Both the position numbers and the translations under genes were made by a program. From assembly GCF_009914755.1 (NCBI RefSeq), contig NC_060926.1: a DNA stretch of 64,000 nucleotides, one strand, 5' to 3'. Numbering within the stretch: position 1 is the stretch's first letter; every line of letters begins with the position of its first letter. The notes beneath the pieces are model-generated. The model was not told where the DNA came from. It made no database searches and saw only the letters and a list, made by a program, of their open reading frames with translations. The DNA is from the human T2T-CHM13v2.0 reference genome, Homo sapiens. Positions 33,178 to 44,933 of this stretch are shown here, one piece after another.

Positions 33178-33466
33178 GACTGGGCGCGGTGGCTCACGCC
33201 TGTAATCCCAGCACTTTGGGAGGCCAAGGCGGGCAGATCACTAGGACAGGAGATCGAGACAGCGGTGAAACCCCATCTCTACTAAAAATACAGAAAGTTA
33301 GCCAGGCGCAGTGGCGGGCGCCTGTAGTCCCAGCTACTCGGAAGGCTGAGGCAGGAGAATGGCATGAACCCGGGAGGGGAGCTTGCAGTGAGCCGAGATC
33401 ACACCACTGCCCTCCAGCCTGGGTGACACAGTGAGACGCCGTCTCAAAAAATAAATAAATAAATAA
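33178..33466 (+). mobile_element. AluY, Yd-lineage-like
   Basis: gagatcgagac-agc-ggtgaaacccc (12-bp deletion relative to AluY), gcgcagtggcgggcgcc, gaatggcatgaacc; (AAAT)n tail. Confidence 0.9.
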
Positions 33467-33638
33467 CACAGAGTAGGTACATATTTCTGTATTTATCATC
33501 AATACAAATATGCTTAGTTGGTATACAACATGTAATTGCACTCAAAAAATTCATACAAGTTTAATTAGCTGAATAAAATGGCTTAGAAACTTTTTCTTGA
33601 AAAATCACATATGTGATCATATATATTTATTTCCTATA

Positions 33639-34057
33639 GGCCAGGCACGGTGGCTCACACCTGTAATGTTTTAAGAGATTAATCACCAATCTCATCTTGC
33701 CAAGTTGCAAATTGAAAAAAATAATAATAATAATATTCATCTTGATATTTTTTACATTCTTGCTTGAAATAAAATCTAATTTCAGCCCTTTGGGAGTTCA
33801 AGACGGGTAGATCACTTGAGCTCAGGAGTTCAAAACCAGCCTGGGCAACATGACAAAACCATATCTCTAAAAAAAATTTTGAAGTTAACTGTGTGTAGTG
33901 GCACATGCCTGTAGTCCCAGCTACTTGGCGGGGCTGACGTGGGAGGATCACTTGGCCCAAGAGGTCAAGGCTGCAGTGAGCCGAGATTGTGCCACTGCAC
34001 TTCAGCCTGAGTGACAGAGTGATACCCTGTCTCAAATATATATATATATATATATAT
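33639..34057 (+). mobile_element. AluJ carrying a ~110 bp non-Alu insert; (AT)n tail
   Basis: Alu 5' end at 33639-33667, insert, Alu resumes at ~33777-33784; TSD atatatatttatttccta / atatatatgtatttcctg. Confidence 0.92.
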
Positions 34058-34159
34058 GTATTTCCTGTTGTAATAAAATAAAGCTCATAATTGTTTGCTG
34101 AACATTAGCTCTGACCTACAATTTTTCATTATGCTCTGTATAAATTCTCTACTCTAGCT

Positions 34160-34551
34160 AAATGGTTTTATAAGGGAGGCACTATATTCAGCTATGGTCA
34201 ACCTGCTCCCAGCATTCTGCTCCATCATTCTGAGTGTCCTCTTTATCCTCAGGGTCTAAGACGCTCATTGAGCTCCTTGGGCGTCAAGCAGTAGGATGGT
34301 AGAAGGAGAAAAGAAGAGCAAACTTCCTCTCTTTAACGAGACTTTCTCAAAGTCCCACAGAATGACACAACACTTTGTGCTTATATTTCACTGGCAAAAG
34401 CAGATTACTTTGATTAACCTGGTTTCAAAGTAGAAATGGAAAACATAGTCTTTTATCTGGTTACATGGCTGCTCTGAAATAAAACTGAAGTTCAGCAATT
34501 GAGGGAGAGATGAGAATGGATGTTGGAGCTAACAATTAACAATCTTCTGCC
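34160..34551 (-). mobile_element. MaLR LTR, MLT1J-like
   Basis: cactttgtgcttatatttcactggcaaaag...gagaatggatgttggagctaacaattaacaatcttctgcca. Confidence 0.6.
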
Positions 34552-34879
34552 ATTTTTATTTGAATAAGCTAGATTCCCATTAACATCTTGGTTCAATACA
34601 TTTTCCTTTCTTAAAAACCTTCTTTCGATACTACTCTTACTGAAGTTCTAGCCTTTCTTCAATGGCCAGTGTAGTTTCTAGTTCTTCTTAAGTGTTTTCC
34701 AACTGTCCCAGACCTCATGCAAAACTCCTACAGCATTTTTTCAATCTATACCACTTGTGATATTCCCAAGGTGAATTTGCTTCTGCATCCTGTGCTGTGT
34801 TCCCAATCATGTCTGAGCTTCATAAAATCAGAGACCATGCCTTTTGCTTCCTTGCTTCCCTGGGGTTTGGGGACACAAA

Positions 34880-35600
34880 ATTGTCTCTATCTTATTCTAC
34901 AAGAGATTTGAGGTGGTTTACGTAAAACATTCAAAGGGGAGATAAAATGTTAGTAAAAATCTGGAGCAGGGAAAATACAACCTGAAATAGGAAGCCAAGA
35001 CATAAAGAGAAGGGAAGTAGAGAGTATAAAATAGAAAAATAAAATAGAAAAATGCAGACTGTAAGAACCTACTTTAAAACATTTTTAATACTGAGCTTCA
35101 TATTTGACTCTAAGACACATATTTGACTAAACTAAATATGTTATTCCTGGTAACCAAAGTGAAAGAGAAATAGAGACAGTTGTAAATGACTGTTGAAAAA
35201 GGCAGGGAGATTATCAGTGAGAGCAAATCCCTTTCTTATCACTAAATTTTAAAATATGTTCTTCACTCAGGTCTTTACAATGTGAGACAAAGTAATACAG
35301 TAGACAAAGCCCTCAGTAGCATTGTCATGTCAAATACAGCGACAAATCTATGAAGTTGTTTCTTAGAGCATACACCAATAAAAGAAAGGCCTGGCATCAG
35401 ACACAGTAATGAAGTCTATTTTAGAAACGGTCAGTGTTCAATATGATCATTTTCTTATTGTTTAAAATAGGGTAAAAAGGAAACCTAAAATAATTGGAGC
35501 AATATATGTCCTTCAGTCATTAATACCTAATGCTTTCTTCATCTTGCTTCTGAGTTGGGCCAGATAGTGGAGAGCTTAAGGATTTGTGTATCCATATATT
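34880..35600 (-). mobile_element. Possible ancient L4 (RTE-X) LINE fragment
   Basis: attctacaagagatttgaggtggtttac resembles the L4 3' end; extent uncertain. Confidence 0.35.
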
Positions 35601-35619
35601 AGACATGAAAAGCTGTATG

Positions 35620-35840
35620 AGAAAATGGCACGGGATAGAGATAAAGGCACTTGTTGCCTGTGGAGCACTGGGTAAGTCATTTGACATCTCTTTGCTTTAA
35701 TTTCCTCATCTGTAAAATGAGACTAATAATTGTACCTAGCTCATTGAGTTGATATGGATATTATAACAAAATCATTCGTAAGGTTCTTAGAGCAACAGCT
35801 GGCAACAGCAACTGCTATAAAATAAGTGGCTAATTCATTT
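35620..35840 (+). mobile_element. MIR
   Basis: gggtaagtcatttgacatctctttgctttaatttcctcatctgtaaaatgagactaataattgtacct core. Confidence 0.8.
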
Positions 35841-36814
35841 TAAGTAGATGCTAATGTTTAAATACTCATATGAAGATTAGAAAGCTGACTGTAGCTTTTA
35901 TTTTAATGGGTGCCAACAATTTATCCTTGAATGCTTCCTGATTATGAGAAGAATGGTAAGAGCTATTTTCATGGATGAAACTGAAATTTTTAGTTTGCAA
36001 TTCAAACCTTTAAGATCATGTTTTTCATATGCTTTCTTTTAAAATAGGGGTCATTGAAATATCACCAAGAGGAAGAGAATGAAAAAAGAATAATGTAAAT
36101 ACCCTCATTATTATTCTACCAATCAAATCATAGAAGAGATGATAGGACTGGACAAAGAGAATTTCAAGAAAATAGCATAAAATGATTACCACAAACTTTG
36201 AGACTTTGGAGGTTTGTTAAGCCTCTTATTTTCTAATTCTTTGTCTAAAGTGAGTATGGATCTGTGAAGGCAAATGTCATGAATTATAAGGAAGCTGATG
36301 TCTCTCTCTACATCATTGTTAAAATTAAAAATTGGTAAAATACAAGAACTGCTTATTGCTGGATTAAAGATAACATTCAATGGCACTTTCCTGTTATGTG
36401 AGAGCAAAATAGGATGCTAACTACTAAATTAAACAATAAGTTTATATTTAAAAATAATAATAATAATAATAATGTCAATCATAGAAAATGTTTTAAATGC
36501 CAGTAAATCTGATTTCCGAGAGTAGCAAAAAAAGCTCAAATAACTTTCAGGTCTCCGGTGTAGTAGCAACTTTTCAAGAACAGTATCATGATCCATTATG
36601 CCAGCAGAATTCTAAATCTACAACACAGCAGTCACTCAACCATGTCTCATTATCCAGAAAAGGTCCTTTTAAAAATTGACCTTACTCTATGTTCACTTCC
36701 TAAGAAAAGCTAACCATGTGGCAAAGTCATCTTTGTGATGACCTCATGACAGCCCATAGCTTATTTCTCTTAGAACTGAAGTGTCAGCTAACTCCCCTTA
36801 GAAAGATGTTTTCT

Positions 36815-36945
36815 AACTGAACTATAATTCCTGAGAGGCAGAGACTTTTTTTGGGTGGTTTTATGTCTCTACAGATCCAGGAACTGACACTGTGCCTGAC
36901 ATTGAGCAAATGTTCAATATTTGTTTGTTATTGAAAGAATGGAAG
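36815..36945 (+). mobile_element. L2 3' end
   Basis: attcctgagaggcagagact...gtgcctgacattgagcaaatgttcaatatttgtttg. Confidence 0.7.
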
Positions 36946-37381
36946 TCGGGAGAATGTCTTCTTAGGAGTGTGTTTTATGTGCTTATACGAAGCCCATTTT
37001 GCATGAACTGGTGAGGTAGAAGACAAGGGAAGGAAGAGCTTTCACTAAAGAAGAATGAGGAGAAAATTCATACAATAATCTCTCCTCTTCTGGCAATCTA
37101 GGAGAACACTCTTCTGATATAACTCTGCAGGAAAACAGGTACAGGAGGAAGGAAAGAGAAGAAAATCATCCACTATTCCTTTAAACAAACTGGCTCTTTC
37201 TTCTCATGGCTCCAAGTTTGTTACCTTAAATCACAATCACTATAAACCAGTTTAGAAAAGTATGACAATAATTACTATCCAATTCCTATCAGCCCTGGAC
37301 TTGCTAGGAAATTTTCTACTTCATTGTAAAACCTCTTGCTAAACATTTATAAGGCCTACAGTGTTTTAAAAGTGAAAGATA

Positions 37382-37670
37382 GGCCAGGCGCGGTGGCTCA
37401 CGCGAGTAATTCCAGCTGAGGCGGGCGGATCACGAGGTCAGGAGATCGAGACCATCCTGGCTAACACCATGAAACCCCGTCTCTACTAAAAATACAAAAA
37501 ATTAGCCGGACATGGTGGTGGGCGCCTGTAGTCCCAGCTACTCGGGAGGTGAGGCAGGAGAATGGTGTGAACCCGGGAGGCGGAGCTTGCAGTGAGCCAA
37601 GATTGCGCCACTGCACTCCAGTCTGGGCGACAGAGCGAGACTCTGTCTCAAAAAAAAAAAAAAAAAAAAA
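37382..37670 (+). mobile_element. AluY with a perfect 14-bp TSD
   Basis: gagatcgagaccatcctggctaac and ggagcttgcagtg diagnostics; TSD AAAAGTGAAAGATA at a TTTT/AAAA site; ~12 bp deletion in the left arm. Confidence 0.96.
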
Positions 37671-37954
37671 GTGAAAGATAAATCTTATTTGCCACCACTA
37701 GAGGAGACAACAGTGCCCAATCTTTACTCTAGAAAGTGATAACTAAAATGAAAGAATTCAACATCTAACTTTCCTTTTTAGAGGAATTCTAATTCATCTC
37801 TGTTTTTAAATCCCCAATGAAATAATGATTTAATTAGACCAAAGAATGCTAAAGCCATTTGGGGTAAGGCTGGTGAGAAATGGGCTCTGCCTCGCACGTT
37901 ATTCTATAGACTGCTTGGCAAATACCTGATACCGTTTACAATGTAGTTTATGAC

Positions 37955-38570
37955 TACATTGTAATGACCCTCTCTTAACCCACTGATCAAGCTTAGCAAA
38001 CTGTGGGAGGAAAACCTGCTTTCATGTAACTGTTGGGTGTAAAATATAAAGACATCACTGATCCTGTCAAAAATGTTTCATCTGAATCTCACTGAGGCTT
38101 TGGGACTAACTTCCAGATTGACAGAAATAGAGGACAGAGAGAAACAAGCTGAACGATGCCATAAGGAAATCATTTTTTAAAAAAAATACAGAATGTGGGA
38201 CATTTCTCAAGACAGCTATACTAGTCTCTTCAAAAAGCTAATTTCACAGGGAAAAACAAACGAGGGGCTATCACTAAACTAGGACAGAATCTAAAGGGAC
38301 GCAACAACAAAATGCAATGCAGGAATCTTAATAGATCCTGGTTTGAAAAATTTGTCTATTAAAGACATTTAGGGGACAGATGATGATATTCATATATTAG
38401 TGAGGAATATACGACATTAGCAAATCGTTAGTAATTTCTTAGTTATAATGGAATTGTAACTATGTATAATTTTGTTCTTAGGAAATGCAGGCTAGAATAT
38501 TTAGGTAAAGGGTGATGATCTCTGCAATTTATTTTAAACGATTCAGCAAAAATATACTTTCATATAATAT
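37955..38570 (+). mobile_element. Ancient L1M (L1ME/MC-like) 3'UTR fragment
   Basis: aaagggacgcaacaacaaaatgcaatgcaggaatcttaatagatcctgg...taaagacatttaggggaca. Confidence 0.65.
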
Positions 38571-38583
38571 ATAAAATTCTAGT

Positions 38584-39161
38584 AATATCAATCGGGGTTC
38601 TCTAAAGGGACAGAATAGGATATATATATTTATATATTTATATATACATATGTATATATATTAATATATATACATATGTATATTTATATATTATATATAT
38701 TAATATATACATATGTATATTTATATATTATATATATTTATATATTTTTTTATACACACACACACACACACACAAACATATATATATACGGAGTTTATTA
38801 AGTGTTAACTTACAAGGCCCCACGATAGGCTGTCTGCAAGCTGAGGAGCAAAGAAAGCCAATCCAAGTCCCAAAGGTGAAGAACGTGGAGTCTGATGTGT
38901 GAGGGCAGGAAGCATCCAGCACGGGAGAAAGATGTAGGCTGGGAGGCTAGGCCAGTCTCTCCTTTTCATGTTTTTCTGCCTGCTTTATATCCGCTGGCAG
39001 CTGATTAAAAGGTGCCCATCCAGATTAAGGGTGGGTTTGCCTTCTCCAGCCCACTGACTCAAATGTCAATCTCCTTTGGCAACACCCTCACAGACACACT
39101 CAGGGTCGATGCTTTACATCCTTCAATCCAATCAAGTTGACACTCAGTATTAACAACCACA
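38584..39161 (-). mobile_element. HERV-L 3' LTR (MLT2A1/A2) with internal (TA)n/(CA)n tract
   Basis: gagggcaggaagcatccagcacgggagaaagatgtaggctgggaggctaggcc...caatccaatcaagttgacactcagtattaacaaccaca; polypurine-tract-like sequence adjacent (agttgacaagggttggact on -). Confidence 0.92.
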
Positions 39162-39464
39162 AGTCCAACCCTTGTCAACTTGAACCCATACACATCTCCT
39201 GAGATCATACATAATCTTCAAATAAAGACAATAATGTCATAATTACACCTCACATAATACAACTACCCTTTGTACAACCAGAAACGCACCAATCCCCAAC
39301 CCAAATACTATTACATAAAGTTAACAATACTTAAATGCTGATATGAAGTTGATAAATCTTATGTCAAATGATAAAGAAAAAAATATTTTCTTAGTACAAG
39401 CGTATACATGCACAAACATGTTTTTAACAAAAGGAGGAAATACTCATGACAATCACAGTCTCCG

Positions 39465-39794
39465 TTTTTTTTGTTTGTTTGTTTTGTTTTTTGAGACAGA
39501 GTCTCACTCTGTTGCCTAGGCTGGAGTGCATTGGCACAACCTCGGCTCACTGTAAGCTCTGCCTCCAGTTTCAAGTGATTCTCCTGCCTCAGCCTCCCAA
39601 GTAGCTGGGACTACAGGTACACACCACCATGCCCAGCTAATTTTTGTATTTTTTAGTAGAGACGGGGTTTCACTATGTTGGCCAGGCTGGTCTTGAACTC
39701 CTGACCTCATGATCTGCCCACCTCAGCCTCCCAAGGTGCTGGAATTACAAGCATGAGCCACCGTGCCTGGCCTGAGCCACCACTGTGCCCAGCC
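39465..39794 (-). mobile_element. AluS with a duplicated 5' end, inside HERV-L
   Basis: Antisense Alu with (GTTT)n tail; TSD acagtctccgttt at 39455-39467 and 39796-39808. Confidence 0.95.
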
Positions 39795-39904
39795 TACAGT
39801 CTCCGTTTCTGCAGCTGGTCACATGGTTGTAGCTGGTACTGATGACTACCTTCTTCTACGACCCATTCTGTATTCCCTTTGCTTTAAGCAAGCACCTCAG
39901 CAGG

Positions 39905-40260
39905 TCATGGTTTTTTTCCTGGTGGAATGATCCAAACCTTCATTCCTGAGGGGTCTGAGACACTTGTGGTCCTGCCTGGATTGGGCTGTTGTCGTTTCCC
40001 ATTGACCTTAATCACAGAGTATGATAATACTAAAAGACACCCTAATTGATCTCCTGTATTCCACGAATTCTCTTCCTTACCTCCATTGTGGAGGAGTACA
40101 CTGATTTCATACTGATAGTCTGGGTCAATCACCCCAGCCAACACTATAACTCCCTTCTTAGCCTGTTGACTTAAAGATAGGAGGAGCCCAAAGTGTCCAG
40201 GTGGCAATCTTAACTTCTAGTTTAATGGAATAATTGTTGTGACTCCTGGTGGCAATGTTC
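39905..40260 (-). pseudogene. HERV-L dUTPase remnant
   Basis: PPGHFGLL...KKGVIVLAGVIDPDYQYEISVLLHNGG matches trimeric dUTPase motif 3 (GVIDxDYxGEI, with G>Y here). Confidence 0.85.
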
Positions 40261-40822
40261 CTTCCTCTGGAACTAAGACCTCTAGGCCAGCAGAACATAA
40301 TGCCACAGGAACAGGAAGCAAAAATTTTGCTAGGGGGTGATGGTGAGTGGTGCCACTTCCACTTCTGCCCTTTGATTCCTGGACCCATGAATCCTGGCTA
40401 TGGGAGAAACAATACCAGGGTCTGCCAGCCTAGAGGTCTTAGTTCCAGGGGAGGAACGCTGCCACCAGGAGACACAATTATTCCATTATGTATCTATATA
40501 TATATAGATATATATAAAAACTTAATACTACATATAGTATTAATAATATATTATATATTATAATTATTAATAATTAGTATTATTAATTATTAATTACTTA
40601 GTCTTTGCTCCTCATCTTGCAGAGAGCCTATTGTGGGACCTTGTGATCATATAAGTTAATACTTTATATATATATAAAGTTAATACTATATATAGTATCA
40701 TATTATTATACTATATATAGTATTAATATATTATAATATATATTATTAATACTAATACTAATTAATTAATTAGTACTATATTAAGAACACACTAGGTGCT
40801 GTATATACATTATCTGATTTGC

Positions 40823-41900
40823 TTTTTAAAAATTGTGATAAAATGCATATAACAAACTTTTTTATCTTAACTACTTTTGAGTGTACAGTTCAGTGGCCTT
40901 AATAAATTCAAATTGTCATATAATCATTACCACCATTCGTCTACAGAACTCTTTTCATCTTGCAAAACTGAAACTCTGCACCCATGAATCCAAAAGTCTC
41001 CATTCCTCTTTTCCCTAAGCACCTAGTAACCACCCTTCTACTTTACGTCTCTATGAATTTGACTACTGTAGGTACCTCTTATAAGTAGAATGGCACCATA
41101 TTTGTCTTTTTATGACTGCTTGTTTCACTTAGCAAAATGTTCTCAAGATTCATCCTTGTTGTAGAATATGTTAGTATTCATTTCTTTTTAAGACTGAATA
41201 ATATTCCTTTGTATGTATAGGCCACATTTTTCTTATCCATTCATCTACCAACGAACACTTGTGTGGCTTCCACCTTTCTGGCTATTGTGAATATTGTGGC
41301 TATGAACATCAGTGTACAAATATTTCTTCAAGATCTTGCTTTCAACTCTTTTGTGTATATAAACAGAAGTGAAATTGCTGGATTATATGGTACTTCTAAT
41401 TTTAATTTTTTGAGGAACCACCATACTGTTTTCCACAGTGGCTACACCATTTTATATCCCGACCAACAGTACACAGGGGTTCCAATTTCTCTAAATCTTG
41501 CCAAAATCTGTTATTTTGTTTTGTGTTTTTTATAGTAGCCATCCCAATTAAAGCCATTAAAACCACTGATATCACCAGTAGATAGAAGATGGTATCAGTG
41601 GTTTTTATGACTTCAATCGACATTTCTGTAATGATTGGTGATTATAAGCATCTTTTCATATATATCTTAAGTAGAAAAATGTCTCTTCAAGTTTTTGCCC
41701 ATTTTTATTTGGTTGTTTGCTCTTTGTCCTTGCATTATAAAGGTTATTTATATATTCTGAATATTAACCATATCAGATATATGATTTGCAAATATTTTTT
41801 CCAATTCCATGAGTTGCTTTCTCTATTGATTGTATTATTTGATGCACAGAAGTTTTTAATTTCAATGTAGTTTAATTGATCATTTTTTCTTTTGCTACTT
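40823..41900 (-). mobile_element. L1MB-like 3' fragment inserted into a MIR (MIR pieces ~40790-40820 and ~41905-42065)
   Basis: gtgtacagttcagtgg...cagaactcttttcatcttgcaaaactgaaactctg...gtctctatgaatttgactact; candidate TSD tgatttgcttt / tgatttacttt. Confidence 0.88.
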
Positions 41901-42504
41901 GATTTACTTTTCATATTACTTTGAGAGATGTATATTTTAGCCCAATTTTATACAGAAAGAATCTGAAGCTTAGAATATAATTAACTTGGCCAAGTCTACA
42001 CTACCATTATGAGGTGAAGCCGAGTTTCAAATTCAGTTCCATCTGACATCTCTATAAGCCATGCTGCAGTACTAATTTAAATATTCATATTGTTACCAAA
42101 TTAAGAATAATTAATTAGAATAAACTTTCTGTCCCATCCTGAATTTGCAGATTTGTCAGTTCTACAAATATAGAGTCTGATTAAATTGATTAAGAGAAAC
42201 TCTTTCCCCCAGATGGCAAAGCTCGGACAGCCAGATGTCTTAGATATTGTATTCTTTGACATGTGAACTGCTTAGAAACAGAGAAAGATAAATAGTCACA
42301 CAAGACTTCTGACAGAATGTCACTGTTTAGAATAACTAAAGCAAGAGGTGAAGGGGTCAAACATGATAATCAGGGAATGCTGAATGTGGCAGCAGGTCCG
42401 ATGTGTGAGATCACCTCTAAAATTGCACTCATAGAATTGCATTCATAAAATTGCACTTACAGAATTGCCAAAGAGAGTTGGTAGAACCTTCTCAATAGAT
42501 AAGA

Positions 42505-42713
42505 GCAGCCTGGCCAACATAGCAAAACCCCGTCTCTACTAAAAATACAAAAATTAGCTAGGTGTGGTGGCCCGTGCCTGTAATCCCAGCTACTCAGGAG
42601 GCTGAGGTAGGAGAATCGCTTGAACCTGGGAGGCAGAGGTTGCAGTGAGCCTAGATCTCACCACTGCACTCCAGTCTGGGCGACAGAGCAAGACTTTGTC
42701 GAAAGAAAGAAAA
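42505..42713 (+). mobile_element. 5'-truncated AluS
   Basis: Starts at cagcctggccaac with a complete right arm; candidate TSD aagagca (42501-42507 / 42800-42806). Confidence 0.92.
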
Positions 42714-42714
42714 C

Positions 42715-42778
42715 GGAAGGAAGGAAGGAAGGAAGGAAGGAAGGAAGGAAGGAAGGAAGGAAGGAAGGAAGGAAGGAA
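42715..42778 (+). repeat. (GGAA)16 microsatellite in the Alu tail
   Basis: 16 uninterrupted GGAA units counted. Confidence 0.97.
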
Positions 42779-43010
42779 GGGACGGAGGGAGGGAGGGGAA
42801 AGAGCAAGGAAGAATTAGTTAAAATTTAAAAATTAAAAAGTGTCTTTGCACAAGGACCAGAAAGAAGGCTTTTCTTTTTCCATTTTCTGAACCATGAGCT
42901 TTGGTCTAGAAGAAGCCCGAAGTCATGAGCCAGCCTAAATCATGGAACCTCTATAATAAAGCATAACATGGATCTCTTTCCTTCTAAACTCCCTTCTACT
43001 CTTTGGCAGG

Positions 43011-43144
43011 AAGCAAATTTAAGGGTCCTCTTTTATACCTTATGTATCTATTAAGCTTATCATCTGAGTTTCTTACAAAGCAAATTTAAGGGTCCTCTTT
43101 TATACCTTATGTATCTATTAAGCTTATCATCTGAGTTTCTTACA
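43011..43144. repeat. Perfect 67-bp tandem duplication
   Basis: aagcaaatttaagggtcc...gagtttcttaca at 43011-43077 and 43078-43144. Confidence 0.97.
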
Positions 43145-44019
43145 AATTTTATTCCAAACATAGGAAACAAAATAGAGACCTAAAGCTTCTAACATCAAAA
43201 AGGCAATATTTTATGATTTCAAAAAGAAAGTCTATATTATTAAGGTTTAAATTAGTAAAGTTTTGAATAATGTGACCTGGCAACATCTATTTTAAAATAT
43301 TCATGTACTTTGACCAACAGATTCATTTTTTCATAAGCTTATCATTTAACAGCAAAGAGGACAGGGGCCCTGGAAACAAACCAAAGTTCATCAGTAAGGG
43401 AATGGTTGAATAAGTACATTTATACAATAGAAAAGTATACTGCTATTTAAAAAATAAGCTAGCTTTTTTACATGAACCTGAAAGAATGGTATTTCCACTC
43501 CATGCAAACAGTAAGTTGTAGCAGTGTACATAGTTTTGCCCTATTGTGAGCTCAGGAAAGGGCAAGGAATGGTAGACAGTGAGGTGCTAACATGGGTTAC
43601 TTTAGGCCTGAAGGAAGGTTGAAGGGAGTATTATCAGCCTCTTCTTAGATCTCACATGGTGACCTTGTTGCAATAACAAAGTACTATTATATAATTTTTT
43701 AATCTAGTAAAGACAAAATTCTGAAGTTCTGCTCAACAAATACAATTTGTAAAGTCAAGTTTTAGGCAATGGAGTTGCTTCTCTTTCTTTTTCCTAAAAG
43801 ACACTTAGTTATCTATTCACACAAAAGGGAAAAACAAATGTTTTCACCTTGAGTGAAGTGAATAAATAACCTGAAAACAGTTTTGAAAGCTCAGAGCCAC
43901 TTAATTCTAACTTGATTATAACAGGAAAACAGTGAGCTTAATGTATCTCAAAATAAACATGCTACAATGGATTTAAGAAATACTTATTAGTTGACCATCT
44001 CTGCTGCTGAATGGGGCTG

Positions 44020-44200
44020 ACCCCAGCTCTGGAGTCAGACTGCCTGGTTCAAATTCTGTCTGCTACTCACTTGCTTGCTACGTAGCATCTGACTCCTTAT
44101 TTATTCTCTCTGTTGGCCTCCCTTTGCTCATCTATAAAGTGGGAGGTCACTCCCTTAGCAAGGTGGCAGGCATATAATACATGGACAATAAATGTTAGGA
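44020..44200 (+). mobile_element. MIR
   Basis: gctctggagtcagactgcctggttcaaattctgtctgctactcact...ctcatctataaagtggg. Confidence 0.75.
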
Positions 44201-44933
44201 GTTAGGCACTCTGCTATAGAGTTCAGTCCCTGCCCTTAAGTAGCTCATAGCAAAGCAGCGAGACAAATATCTAAAAATTAGCAAGAAACACAGCTAATGA
44301 AGATTTCTTCTGCAAGGGATCAGAATCATTTTCAGTTCTCCCCAAGTGGCATGGTCTGCAGCAGCTTGAAGATCAGCCAAGGGCTATGAGTATATAGAGC
44401 CACTTTGACTGTCATTGTTGGCATAAGTCTGAAAGGAGAACAAGTTTGAAAGACGGGGATAACTGTTTTCCTGTTTTCCATCATACCTAGAAGCAAGTAC
44501 ATGGTATGCCCAAAAAAAAAAGGAGAAATGAGCATTTTAAATCTAAATTACTTTCATATAAATTATTATAATAAAGTGGTATACACTTGTATAATTTGGA
44601 CAAAAGAATGATCATTATAGGACTAGAAGAAACACAAATGGAGGGCATTAATTCCATGAGAACAACAAACAGTGAAAGAATGTCTAGCTAACTCTTCTTG
44701 TCCCCAAAAATGCTATCAGCACATATTTCACTATAGCTGATCATGAGCAATGTGACTTCATTAAATGCAGATAAATACACAGACCCTGTTTCCATTTCAT
44801 TCAGGCTAACAACATCTTCAAAACAAACTATAACTACTCCTTTGATAACTAAAATAAACACACAAATTAATCATTTGAATTTCCTAAATTTGCCTTGCTT
44901 AACAAGGAATTCACTGTATCACAGAGAACTTCT

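Larger units (their letters stand above)
39162..40420 (-). mobile_element. HERV-L internal 3' region, interrupted by an Alu
   Basis: Contiguous with the MLT2A LTR through the PPT; encodes a dUTPase-like peptide. Confidence 0.88.
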
